Positions 8,874 through 17,956 of a DNA stretch of 64,000 nucleotides are shown piece by piece. A program made the position numbers and the translations under genes. The DNA is taken from the IMG/VR virus record IMGVR_UViG_3300049144_000052, positions 1 to 64,000 of that record; one strand, written 5' to 3'. Each line of letters starts with the position of its first letter. The first letter of the stretch is position 1. The notes beneath the pieces were generated by a model. It was not told the origin of the DNA. It made no database searches and saw nothing but the letters and a program-made list of their open reading frames with translations. The stretch is from a virus. Its lineage: Duplodnaviria > Caudoviricetes.

Positions 8874-9106
8874 GTCCGGCGCCGCTGCCGCATGCGGCGG
8901 ACCGTCTGCCCATCGTGACCGCCAGCAACGGGCAGCCGTTCATCCCCTGCGACGCGGTCCTGGCCCTCCTGCGTGCCATCGCGGAATCCTGCGACAACCT
9001 CGCCGACGACCCCGACTGCGACCTTCGCACCGCCAGCGCAGGGATAGAGATCGAAGCCGACGCCCTGGAGGCGCGCGCCATCGCCCACACCACGGAGGCA
9101 GCATGA
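8870..9106 (+). CDS. Hypothetical protein
   Basis: GTGA overlap; in ORF 8483..9106. Confidence 0.6.
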   Translation: MSPAPLPHAADRLPIVTASNGQPFIPCDAVLALLRAIAESCDNLADDPDCDLRTASAGIEIEADALEARAIAHTTEAA

Positions 9107-9138
9107 ACGACATCGCCGAGCCGAACTAGGCAAGCTAC

Positions 9139-9167
9139 TTGACGAAAATGCGCCTATCTGTAATCGT
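9139..9167 (+). promoter_or_regulatory. Candidate sigma70-type promoter
   Basis: TTGACG followed after 16-17 nt by TAATCGT in an AT-rich patch. Confidence 0.45.
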
Positions 9168-9207
9168 GATTCTTGATCGTGGCACACGAGTCACAACACG
9201 CTTCTGG

Positions 9208-9240
9208 AGCCCCCGCCGTGGCAACACCGGTGGGGGCTTT
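9208..9240 (+). terminator. Terminator-like hairpin just downstream of the candidate promoter
   Basis: AGCCCCCGCCG...CGGTGGGGGCT followed by TT. Confidence 0.6.
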
Positions 9241-9261
9241 CGCGTACCTCGGGGAGGTGCC

Positions 9262-9543
9262 GTGGCCGCCTACCCGAACCCCGACGGGCTGGACATTCAC
9301 TTCTCCCAGCTCCAAGGAAACGAAGACCTCGGCGACCTCTGGGAAGCGGCCCGTGCTGCAGGCGTGAAGCCCGGCACCATCCGCGTCTGGGTAACCCGAG
9401 GAAAGATCGAACCCATCCTCGACGGCGAAGCAGGCCAGTACTTCCACCTCCCCACCGTGCGGCAAGCCGCAGCAGGCGGCGCCAAGTACAAGCCCGCCGA
9501 CCCCGCCGCCAACAGCCGCGGACCCCACGCCCACGCCGCCTGA
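9262..9543 (+). CDS. MerR-like HTH DNA-binding protein
   Basis: EAARAAGVKPGTIRVWVTRGKI; GGAGG RBS. Confidence 0.75.
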   Translation: MAAYPNPDGLDIHFSQLQGNEDLGDLWEAARAAGVKPGTIRVWVTRGKIEPILDGEAGQYFHLPTVRQAAAGGAKYKPADPAANSRGPHAHAA

Positions 9544-9741
9544 TCTCCTGCGCGCGGTGGTCGAGCGCAGGGAGGGCCTTGTAGCGCCACGCGCTCGGCC
9601 CGCCGTCCGCCCGGTCCTGTGGGGGCCCGGGCGGACGAAGACCTTCAAGCCGGGGCGGGTATCCGGTCCACGCCCCGAACGTCCCGCCGCCCGGCCATCC
9701 CCCTGTCACGGGCGGCGGGACAACCCCTTGAGGAGGTGACC

Positions 9742-11127
9742 GTGGCCTTCCCCAATGGCGCCAAAACGATCACCGTGACCGGCACCCTCCCATCCCCCGT
9801 CGCAGGCACCGCACGTGCAGGCCGCGTCGTATTCACCCCGTCCGCCCGCTTGGTAGATTCCACACAGCAGGCCATCTACAGCGGCGGCGGCACAGCCGCC
9901 CTCGACGCCGACGGCAAGTTCAGCGTCACCCTCCTGTGCACCGACGACACCGACGTACAGCCCGACGGCTGGCGCTGGCGCGTCGACGAGCAACCCTCAG
10001 GCGGCACACGCGCCATCTACTGGATCGACCTGCCCCACACCCTCGGCCCCACCATCGACCTTTCCGCACTGGCGCCCGTATCCGAGCCAGACGGCAGCGG
10101 TACCTCCACCCCGCCAACCGGGCCGGCAGGCGGCGCCCTCAGCGGCGCCTACCCCAACCCGGAACTGTCCGCTGCGACGATCGCCGCCTTCGACCCGGCC
10201 GGATCCGCGGCCACAGCGCAGACCACCGCGGCAGCCGATGCCACAGCGAAGGTGATCGCGCACGCCGCCGCGGCAGACCCCCACGGTGACCGGGTCGCAG
10301 CCACCAGCGCTATCGCAGCCCACGCCGCGGACACCACCGACGTGCACGGCATCCCGAACACGGCCGCACTCGAAACGAGCACAGGCGCCCAAGCGAAAGC
10401 AGACGCCGCCCAGGTCGCGGCTACAAGCGCAGCCGCTGCAGATGCTGCCAGCAAGGTAAGCGCCCACACAGCGGCCACCGATCCCCACGGCGACCGGGCC
10501 TGGGCGGACACCAAGTTCGCCACCCAACTCGACCTCAGCGCGTTGAACGGCACCGTCAACACAATGTCCGGGTCGGTGACCAGCCTGGACGGCTTCGTCC
10601 AGGACTGCCTCACCCGGGTTGCTGCCATCGAGCAGGGCACCGCCTACCTCGCCGCCGTCAACTCCACCGGCCCGGTCTACATCGACGACAACCTCACCGT
10701 CACCGGCTACACCACGCTCGCAGGCGGACAGTTCAACAGCGATTTCGCCGCATTCGGCGACATGACGCTGATCGGCACAGGGAAGCGGGTTCGTTTCCGC
10801 CGCGGCGGATCCGGAGTCGACGTCGAAGGAAGCGGCGCAGACGTCGTGTTCTCCGTCTGGGAAGAGGAAGACTTCTCAGGTGACCAGCACACCTACCTGC
10901 GGCTGGAATCCGGAGCGGCCCTCGCTCACGCGGTCGGCACGTGGGTGTTCTCCGACACCCCGTTCGGCGGCGGCCACACCCTGACGGGCACCACCGCCGG
11001 TTTCTTCGGTGCCACCCCCGCAGGCCGGCCCGCCGTCACCGGCTCCCGCAGCGACGGGACGGCCCTCACCAGCTTCCTCGCCGCGCTCAACACGCTCGGC
11101 CTCATCGACGACCAAACCACCGCGTGA
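9742..11127 (+). CDS. Virion fibre-like protein A
   Basis: N-terminal adaptor-like domain, Ala-rich DPHGDR repeats, beta-rich C-half, terminal VTGSR..ALTSFLAALNTLGLID motif. Confidence 0.7.
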   Translation: MAFPNGAKTITVTGTLPSPVAGTARAGRVVFTPSARLVDSTQQAIYSGGGTAALDADGKFSVTLLCTDDTDVQPDGWRWRVDEQPSGGTRAIYWIDLPHTLGPTIDLSALAPVSEPDGSGTSTPPTGPAGGALSGAYPNPELSAATIAAFDPAGSAATAQTTAAADATAKVIAHAAAADPHGDRVAATSAIAAHAADTTDVHGIPNTAALETSTGAQAKADAAQVAATSAAAADAASKVSAHTAATDPHGDRAWADTKFATQLDLSALNGTVNTMSGSVTSLDGFVQDCLTRVAAIEQGTAYLAAVNSTGPVYIDDNLTVTGYTTLAGGQFNSDFAAFGDMTLIGTGKRVRFRRGGSGVDVEGSGADVVFSVWEEEDFSGDQHTYLRLESGAALAHAVGTWVFSDTPFGGGHTLTGTTAGFFGATPAGRPAVTGSRSDGTALTSFLAALNTLGLIDDQTTA

Positions 11128-11140
11128 GGAGGCGAGTCCG

Positions 11141-11524
11141 ATCAGCGACAACCTCAGCAACACGGCCGAGAACCGGATCCTCGACTGGATCAATGGCCTG
11201 TCCGCCACGGCGCCGACAACGCCCCTCAAAGTGGCCCTCGTGACTGCGGCAGGCGATGACGCCACCGCGGGCACCGAGGTGACCGGCGGCAGTTACGCCC
11301 GCAAGACGCTCACCGTCGGCGCGGCAGCGTCCGGCGCCACCAGCAACAGCGCCGACCTCCTATGGACCGGCATGCCCGCCTGCACCATCGTCGGCTGGGA
11401 AATCTGGGACAGCGCAGGCACCCCCGTCCGCCTCTGGTACGGGCCCCTCGACGCGAACAAAACGCTGGCATCCGGCGACGAATACCGCATCTCGGCCGCA
11501 GGATTGAACCTGTCGATCAGCTGA
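11141..11524 (+). CDS. Small phage tail-fibre-associated protein, apparent ATC start
   Basis: GAGGAGG RBS 8 nt before ATC-AGC-GAC-AAC; SDNLSNTAENRILDWI...TEVTGGSYARKT resembles a common phage family. Confidence 0.7.
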   Translation: MSDNLSNTAENRILDWINGLSATAPTTPLKVALVTAAGDDATAGTEVTGGSYARKTLTVGAAASGATSNSADLLWTGMPACTIVGWEIWDSAGTPVRLWYGPLDANKTLASGDEYRISAAGLNLSIS

Positions 11525-11534
11525 GGGAGGCGAC

Positions 11535-12650
11535 ATGCCGTCCCTCTCGACGCTCGTCGACAACTTCAACGCGCCCGGCCTCGGCCCCGAGTGGGGCAAC
11601 TCCTACGGCGGCACCGCAGTCGTCGCCGGCCGGGCCCGCGTACCATGCACCACCGGCTACGCAGGCTGCCAAACCGCCTACGCATGGACCCTCGCCGGCG
11701 CCACCCTCTACGTGCAGGTGCCCACCACGCCGTCCGCGACCGGCGCCACAGTCGAGGCCTACGCCGCGGTCATGGTGCAAGGCACCGTCGAGGGCACCCG
11801 AGTTGGTTTCAGCATCAACAAAGTCTCCGGGATGCTCCGGATGGTCTCCGAGACGGGCTACTGGGACGACAACGCCGTCGAAGTCACCTACAACGCGACG
11901 ACACACCTCTTCCTCCGGCTACGCGAAGACGGCACCAACCTCTACTGGGACACCAGCCCAGACGGCACGACCTGGACGAACCGGCGCACCCTCGCCACCC
12001 CCGCCTGGATCACCGCCGACGTCGACGCGTGCGCGCTCGACATGAGCTCCCACCGCGACGCCGGAACCGCCGACTACGCGGAATTCGACCTGGTCAACAC
12101 CCTGTCGAACGGGGCTGTCTACACCGGCACCGGCACCGGCTCGGCGCAGTCCGCGGCCACCGCGACCGGGAAACGCACCGCGGTCGGCGCCAGCAATGGC
12201 ACCGCGCAGTCCGCGGCAGGCGCGACCGGTACCGCCATCTACCGCGGCACCGCCGCAGGCTCCGCGCAATCGAATGCCAGCGTCACCTCTGCCACCGATG
12301 AGTTCCCGGAGGTGGCTGCCTTGGCTGCTGGCGACCTCGACCTCGTCATCGAACAGGGCGTGACGTTCGTTCAGACCTACGTCTGCAACACAGAAGATCC
12401 GAACTTCACGTGGGCTGGCTGGTCTGCTCGAGCGCAGATCCGATCCTCTGCCTCAGCATCTGGGGAGCTCTATCTCGACCTCACCCCGTACCTCACCGTG
12501 GACGGCGCGTCCGTCCGCCTCGCGATCCCCGCCACGCAGACCGCGACCCTCGACAAGGACGGGCGCTGGGACCTGGAGATGGTGATGGGCGCGACCGTCG
12601 TCCGCATCCTCCAGGGACGGATGATCGTCTCACCGGAGGTGACCCGGTGA
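11535..12650 (+). CDS. Virion accessory protein: lectin-like N-domain, GTAQS repeats, C-terminal beta-sandwich adaptor
   Basis: GSAQSAATATG-type repeats; DLVIEQGVTF...ARAQIR...WDLEM...RILQG adaptor pattern. Confidence 0.65.
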   Translation: MPSLSTLVDNFNAPGLGPEWGNSYGGTAVVAGRARVPCTTGYAGCQTAYAWTLAGATLYVQVPTTPSATGATVEAYAAVMVQGTVEGTRVGFSINKVSGMLRMVSETGYWDDNAVEVTYNATTHLFLRLREDGTNLYWDTSPDGTTWTNRRTLATPAWITADVDACALDMSSHRDAGTADYAEFDLVNTLSNGAVYTGTGTGSAQSAATATGKRTAVGASNGTAQSAAGATGTAIYRGTAAGSAQSNASVTSATDEFPEVAALAAGDLDLVIEQGVTFVQTYVCNTEDPNFTWAGWSARAQIRSSASASGELYLDLTPYLTVDGASVRLAIPATQTATLDKDGRWDLEMVMGATVVRILQGRMIVSPEVTR

Positions 12651-13852
12651 AGATCCAGGTCGTTGGCGAGAACCCCACCGACCGCATCGACGTCGTCGGC
12701 GGCACCCCCTCGATGGTGATCGAAACCCACCCCGGGCTCGTCTGGTCCGTCATGGGGAAGACCGGCGCCGTCACCGGGTTGGCCCTCGCCGCCGACGTCG
12801 TGGCCGTGCAGGCTGCTGCCGCGGCCGACGCCACCGCCAAGGTTGCCGCGCACGTCGCCGCCACCGACCCGCACGGGGACCGGGCCTGGGCGTCCGGGCA
12901 GTTCCTGCCCCTCGCCGGCGGCAGCCTTACGGGCGCGGTCACCACGACCGGAGCCGTCACCGGGGCGTCGTTCAACACCGACGGCACCGTGAGGTCGGGG
13001 AACTTCCGCACTCAGTCCGACACCGAGCACGCCCTGACCGTCTACCAGCGGGCCACCGGCACCTCACCCGGCAGCGTCGCCCTGAACGTGATCTCGGACA
13101 AGCCGGGCGACAGCGCCATGTGGCTGACCGGCCACGAGTCCGCCCGCGGCACCCTGAAGATCGCCCACCTCAACCCAGGTTCCGGTGCGACGGCGGATAC
13201 CGGTTCGGCTGCGATCTCCATCGACCTGCAGCGCAACGGGCAGGGCGGCACCGCAGCGCAGGGGATCTTCCTCACCTCGACTGAAGGCCCGACCACCGGC
13301 CGGCTCCTGGTGCTGAGGAACTCGGATCCCAGCACGACGGACGACTTCGTCGTCAACGCGGCCGGTTTGACCGGCATCCGCATCCCCGTCGGCAACGTGC
13401 CCGCCGCGGCCCTGGAAGTACGGCAGCGAGACACGTCGACGGTTGGTCTCCTCGTGCAGGGCGCCGCATCCACCGCGCAGCCGATGTTCCAGGTCAAGAC
13501 GTCCGGCGGGACCGCGACACTGGAAGTTGGCACGTCCGGGGCGATCGTCACCCGGGCGATCACGTTCTTCACGAACGCCCTCCAACTCGGCTCCACGTCT
13601 ACCGACCTGGGCGGCTCCGGTGGCGCTGTCATATCGATGAAGGACGCCACGACGGCCCCAACGACGAACCCGACCGGCGGTGTCATCGCCTACAGCCAGG
13701 GCGGCGTGTTCAAGGTCCGCAACGCGGCCGGCGTCGTCTTCGACACCACCAAACGCACCGTCACCGGCAGCCGAGGCGGCAACGCGGCGTTGGCGTCGCT
13801 GCTCACGCAGCTCGCCGCCATCGGACTGATCACCGACAGCAGCAGCGCATAA
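12647..13852 (+). CDS. Virion fibre-like protein B, paralog of protein A
   Basis: Shares ATAKVAAHVAATDPHGDRAWA and the C-terminal VTGSR..ALASLL..L..IGLITD motif; Thr/Ser/Gly-rich. Confidence 0.7.
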   Translation: MKIQVVGENPTDRIDVVGGTPSMVIETHPGLVWSVMGKTGAVTGLALAADVVAVQAAAAADATAKVAAHVAATDPHGDRAWASGQFLPLAGGSLTGAVTTTGAVTGASFNTDGTVRSGNFRTQSDTEHALTVYQRATGTSPGSVALNVISDKPGDSAMWLTGHESARGTLKIAHLNPGSGATADTGSAAISIDLQRNGQGGTAAQGIFLTSTEGPTTGRLLVLRNSDPSTTDDFVVNAAGLTGIRIPVGNVPAAALEVRQRDTSTVGLLVQGAASTAQPMFQVKTSGGTATLEVGTSGAIVTRAITFFTNALQLGSTSTDLGGSGGAVISMKDATTAPTTNPTGGVIAYSQGGVFKVRNAAGVVFDTTKRTVTGSRGGNAALASLLTQLAAIGLITDSSSA

Positions 13853-13876
13853 CCCCACACCGGAAGGCCCGCGCCC

Positions 13877-14140
13877 ATGGCCGACGAGAACGACACCAGC
13901 CTCTTCCTGACCGTCAGCCAGACATCCGGCGTCGCGGTCAACCATCCGCCGCCGACCATAGTGATCAACGGGGATAACGGCTCCCCCCTCGTGAAGATCC
14001 ACCCCGATGGGGCGCTGGAGTACGGGCCGAACTACGACCCCGACGAAGCCGCCCGTCGCTTCTGGGACTCCATGCGCCACTACCTGCCCACCCGCTGCCC
14101 CGGCTGTGGCCGCATCGGCCTGCTGGAGGGTCCGCAGTGA
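13877..14140 (+). CDS. Hypothetical protein
   Basis: 87 aa, C-terminal CPGC. Confidence 0.65.
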   Translation: MADENDTSLFLTVSQTSGVAVNHPPPTIVINGDNGSPLVKIHPDGALEYGPNYDPDEAARRFWDSMRHYLPTRCPGCGRIGLLEGPQ

Positions 14141-14310
14141 GCGACGAAATCCAGGACGCCACCGACCCCGTCATCAAGGCCCGCCGCACTGTTGAGGAGT
14201 ACGAGCAGCAGCAGACCGAGGCGTGCCTTGCCGAGATCGAGCAGGTCCTCGCCAAGTACAGGCGGAAGCTCGTCATCACCCAGCCGCAGATCACCATCGC
14301 CCCGTTGTAG
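14137..14310 (+). CDS. Small hypothetical protein (57 aa)
   Basis: GTGA overlap, GGAGG RBS, TAG 14310. Confidence 0.6.
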   Translation: MSDEIQDATDPVIKARRTVEEYEQQQTEACLAEIEQVLAKYRRKLVITQPQITIAPL

Positions 14311-14320
14311 GAGGTGCGCC

Positions 14321-15031
14321 ATGGCCGACGACCTCCTCGTCATCATCCCCACCCGCGGCCGACCCCAGGCCATCCCGGAGATCATGCAAGCCTGGGATGA
14401 CACCGGGGCCACCGCCGACGTGCTGTTCTGCGTCGACAAGGACGACCCCGAACTCGCCGCGTACAAGCAGCAGGCCAAGGCGCTGGCGGACGACGAGCGG
14501 GTGCGGTTCGTGTACTGGGCGCGGAAGCGGCTCTGCGGCACCCTCAACCAGGCCGCCGTGAAGAACGCGGGCGGTTACCGGTTCCTCGCGTTCTTGGGTG
14601 ACGATCACCGGCCGCGGCCCGCCGCAATGCCGTGGGACGCGCGGATCCGTGAATGCCTCAGCGGGGGACCCGGCATCGTCTACGGCAACGACCTCCTCCA
14701 AGGCGAGAAGATGGCGACCGCCGTCGCGATGACGTCGGACATCGTGACGACGCTCGACTACATGGCGCCGCCGCAGCTGGTGCACCTCTGCCTCGACCTG
14801 GTCTGGATCGACTGGGGCCGCGGCATGCAGCGGATCACGTACCTCGACGACATGGTTATCGAGCACCTCCACCCGGCGGCAGGCAAGGCCAGCCTCGACG
14901 CCGTCTACGAGGACTGCAACAGCCCCGAACGCTCCCAGGCCGACGGCGCCGCCTACATCGACTACCGCGACAACGGCGGCCTCGCCGCCGACCTGGACAA
15001 GCTGCGGAAGCTCATTGAGGAAGCCGGGTGA
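14321..15031 (+). CDS. GT-A fold (GT2-like) glycosyltransferase
   Basis: LVIIPTRGRP start, LFCVDKDD, LNQAA, FLGDD (DxD-like), late EHLHP. Confidence 0.75.
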   Translation: MADDLLVIIPTRGRPQAIPEIMQAWDDTGATADVLFCVDKDDPELAAYKQQAKALADDERVRFVYWARKRLCGTLNQAAVKNAGGYRFLAFLGDDHRPRPAAMPWDARIRECLSGGPGIVYGNDLLQGEKMATAVAMTSDIVTTLDYMAPPQLVHLCLDLVWIDWGRGMQRITYLDDMVIEHLHPAAGKASLDAVYEDCNSPERSQADGAAYIDYRDNGGLAADLDKLRKLIEEAG

Positions 15032-15426
15032 CCGAGACGACCGCCTTCGGGATCCTCCTCGCCCACCTCGCCGGGGACTACCTCATCCAGTCGGATTGGA
15101 TGGCGAACGAGAAGACGAAGCGCTGGTGGCCCGCATGGGCGCACGCCGTCACCTATGGCCTGCCGTTCCTGCTCGTCACCCAGTCGCCTCTCGCGCTCGC
15201 GGTCATCGTCGTCACGCACGCGGTGATCGACCACTACCGGCTGGCCCGGCACGTCGTGTGGGCGAAGAACTTCCTGGCCCCGCGCTCTTACTGGCATCCG
15301 TGGTCGGACTGTTCGACAACGGGCTACCACAAGGATCGCCCGGCGTGGCTGGCCGTCTGGCTGATGATCATCGCGGACAACGCGATCCACCTCGCGATCA
15401 ACGCCGCTGCCGTCACCTGGCTCTAG
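15028..15426 (+). CDS. DUF3307-like membrane protein
   Basis: HLAGDYLIQSDWMA, AHAVTY and HAVIDHY motifs within hydrophobic helices. Confidence 0.7.
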   Translation: MTETTAFGILLAHLAGDYLIQSDWMANEKTKRWWPAWAHAVTYGLPFLLVTQSPLALAVIVVTHAVIDHYRLARHVVWAKNFLAPRSYWHPWSDCSTTGYHKDRPAWLAVWLMIIADNAIHLAINAAAVTWL

Positions 15427-15434
15427 GAGGTCTG

Positions 15435-16316
15435 ATGCGCGTCCTCCTCACCGGCGCTTCCGGGTTCGTCGGCCGCCACCTGCACCGGGCGCTCCTCGAT
15501 CGCGGCGACGACGTCTTCGGCATCGATCTCAACGCCACCTCGCTAGTTCGAGGCGGTGACGCCCTCGACTTCTTCCGTGAAAGCGACGCTACCTTCGATC
15601 TCGCCATTCACTGCGCGGCGATCGTCGGCGGACGGGCCAGCATCGACGGCTCCCCGCTCGGCGTCGGCACCAACCTCGCCCTCGACGCTTGGTACATGCG
15701 GTGGCTGATCCGCACCGGAACGCCGCGCGCCGTGTACTTCAGCTCGTCCGCCGCCTATCCCATCGCGCTTCAGCAGCCCGGCGACGTGCGGCGCCTGTAC
15801 GAAGAGGACATCAACCTCGCGTACATGGAAGAACCCGACGCAAGCTACGGCTGGGCGAAGCTGACCGGGGAGAAGCTCGCGTCCTACGCCGAAGCCGAAG
15901 GCTGCCGCATCCTCATCCCCCGCCCCTTCAGTGGCTATGGCGAGGATCAGGCGGACTGCTACCCGTTCCCCGCGTTCATCGCCCGCGCCAAACGACGCGA
16001 CGACCCGTTCGAAATCTGGGGCGACGGTAGCAGTACGAGGGATTGGATCCACATCTCGGACCTGGTGGGCGCCACCCTCGCGCTCCTCGACGCCGACGTC
16101 ACCGGACCGGTCAACCTCGGCTGGGGACGGGCAACCAGCTTCGACGACCTTGCCCACATCGTGTGCACAGCCGCCGGCTACATGCCGCAGTACAAGCACC
16201 GGCACGACGCCCCCCAAGGCGTCCACCACCGCGTCAGCGACCCGTCCCGCATGCTCAACCACTACGTGCCCACGATCACGCTCGAAGAAGGCGTGCGGCG
16301 GGCGCTCAACACCTGA
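15435..16316 (+). CDS. NAD-dependent nucleotide-sugar epimerase/dehydratase (extended SDR)
   Basis: TGASGFVG Rossmann motif, YFSSSAAY, catalytic YGWAK, IWGDGSSTRDWIH. Confidence 0.9.
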   Translation: MRVLLTGASGFVGRHLHRALLDRGDDVFGIDLNATSLVRGGDALDFFRESDATFDLAIHCAAIVGGRASIDGSPLGVGTNLALDAWYMRWLIRTGTPRAVYFSSSAAYPIALQQPGDVRRLYEEDINLAYMEEPDASYGWAKLTGEKLASYAEAEGCRILIPRPFSGYGEDQADCYPFPAFIARAKRRDDPFEIWGDGSSTRDWIHISDLVGATLALLDADVTGPVNLGWGRATSFDDLAHIVCTAAGYMPQYKHRHDAPQGVHHRVSDPSRMLNHYVPTITLEEGVRRALNT

Positions 16317-16331
16317 TCCACGGAGGCCCCC

Positions 16332-16598
16332 ATGCGTCGGCGACTGTCACCCGAAGAGATCGAAGCCGCCGAGGCAGCAGCACCTAAGGGCGTCGACATC
16401 GAGATCCTCGATCGGGCCCGCAGTGACATCGGCGTGATCGCACCCAGCGCGGTCCGCATCAACGGCACCGAGATCCCGATCCCAGGCGGGACGAAGATCC
16501 AGGTGCACGAGATCAGCGAAGACGAACTCGTCACCATCACCCTGACCGTCTTCGCCCGCAGCGTCTCCATCCGCCACGAACCGCCGCCCACCGACTGA
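16332..16598 (+). CDS. Hypothetical protein
   Basis: GGAGG RBS; 88 aa. Confidence 0.7.
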   Translation: MRRRLSPEEIEAAEAAAPKGVDIEILDRARSDIGVIAPSAVRINGTEIPIPGGTKIQVHEISEDELVTITLTVFARSVSIRHEPPPTD

Positions 16599-16620
16599 CT
16601 CGCACCCTGGAGCCCGCGCC

Positions 16621-16974
16621 ATGGCCCGCCTGCAGATCCTCGAACTCCCCACCATCTACCGCGACGAGGGCCCCGACGAGACCCCGTACATCCTCGTCAT
16701 CGACCAGGTCGACGACGAAACAGCCGCCGACATTGCCCGCTGGCCAGACGACATCGCGAAGCGCACCGGCGCCCGCCACGTCCTCTGCTTCACCGAAACC
16801 GTCGACATCCCCGCCAACGAGACACCGGTCGTGATCGACGAAGCGTTCAAGAGGGACGTGCAAGAGTGGGCCGAAGGCACGAACGGGACGCTCGGCCGCA
16901 TCGTTGAAGCAATCAGCCACCCTAGGAAGCGCCCGATGCGGGACGCCGGTAACCACGCCGTCCCCGATGCCTGA
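16621..16974 (+). CDS. Hypothetical protein
   Basis: GGAG RBS; 117 aa. Confidence 0.7.
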   Translation: MARLQILELPTIYRDEGPDETPYILVIDQVDDETAADIARWPDDIAKRTGARHVLCFTETVDIPANETPVVIDEAFKRDVQEWAEGTNGTLGRIVEAISHPRKRPMRDAGNHAVPDA

Positions 16975-17173
16975 CGTGACGGTGAAGCTGTCCGACGGCA
17001 TTCGCGAAATCACCGTCGAGATCAACGGCAGCAGCGACGACCCGCTCGCGCGCGCCGAGGAGGCAGCAGCCCGGCTGTACGGAGTCGCCACCGCAGGCAG
17101 TCCAGCCGACCGGCGAACCGGCTTCGGCGGATGGGCACTCGGCAGCGACACTGAACGCAGCCCCGAGGAGTAG
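16967..17173 (+). CDS. Hypothetical protein
   Basis: ATG 16967 in ORF 16904..17173. Confidence 0.6.
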   Translation: MPDVTVKLSDGIREITVEINGSSDDPLARAEEAAARLYGVATAGSPADRRTGFGGWALGSDTERSPEE

Positions 17174-17176
17174 ACG

Positions 17177-17470
17177 ATGGCCGGAGGCTGGTCCTCATCG
17201 AACCGCAAGGCGAGGCTCCCGTCCGGGTGGGCCCGCATCCGCGCCGAGATTCTGGCCCGCGACGTGACCTGCCAAATCTGCCACGTCAGGCCGTCCACGC
17301 ACTGCGATCACATCGTGGCCAAGGCGGACCGGAACGGTCCATCGGATCTTCAGGGCGTTTGCGGCCCCTGCCATGATCAGAAGTCCAGCCGCGAAGGGAA
17401 TGACGCGCAGCGCGCCAACCCGAAGCCTGGACGGCGCCGGCCCGACGAACCGCACCCCGGACTGAGGTGA
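17177..17470 (+). CDS. Small HNH endonuclease, packaging-associated type
   Basis: CQIC...CDHIV...LQGVCGPCHDQKS; upstream of terminase. Confidence 0.85.
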   Translation: MAGGWSSSNRKARLPSGWARIRAEILARDVTCQICHVRPSTHCDHIVAKADRNGPSDLQGVCGPCHDQKSSREGNDAQRANPKPGRRRPDEPHPGLR

Positions 17471-17474
17471 CGCG

Positions 17475-17744
17475 ATGCGCGAGTCCTTCACGGTCTTCAC
17501 TGACGAGGGCGTGGACCTCTCGGAGGCCGCAGCCCTGATCGCGGTGCTGCGTCGATGCACGGCAAACGGCACGAGTCTGGCCGACGAGCCGAACATTAAG
17601 ATCGACCGCGTCTACATCTTCAGCGGCGAAGGGGACGAGGAAGACGTCCCGCGTGACCTAGCAGATCTTGACGCCTGGTCTGTTGAGTACACGCCCGCAC
17701 CTCGGATTCCGCATAGGCGGTGGGTATGCCCGCCTACCTGGTAG
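17475..17744 (+). CDS. Hypothetical protein
   Basis: GAGGTG RBS; 89 aa. Confidence 0.5.
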   Translation: MRESFTVFTDEGVDLSEAAALIAVLRRCTANGTSLADEPNIKIDRVYIFSGEGDEEDVPRDLADLDAWSVEYTPAPRIPHRRWVCPPTW

Positions 17745-17956
17745 TCCACGCGGAACGACGCGGCGACGACACCGTCATCGAAGACCCCGACCTCACCGTC
17801 GAGTTCACCGACGGCTGGGTCCTCTTCAAAGACCGCGACCTGATGAAGCCCAACCGGGTCGCGCTCGCCATCCCCGCCACGCAAATCCTCCGCGTCGAAC
17901 GGGTAGACGAGAAACAAGACCCCCAACACGAGGAGCCCGCGCCGCAGAAGGAGTGA
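17726..17956 (+). CDS. Hypothetical protein
   Basis: Small beta-rich ORF. Confidence 0.6.
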   Translation: MPAYLVVHAERRGDDTVIEDPDLTVEFTDGWVLFKDRDLMKPNRVALAIPATQILRVERVDEKQDPQHEEPAPQKE

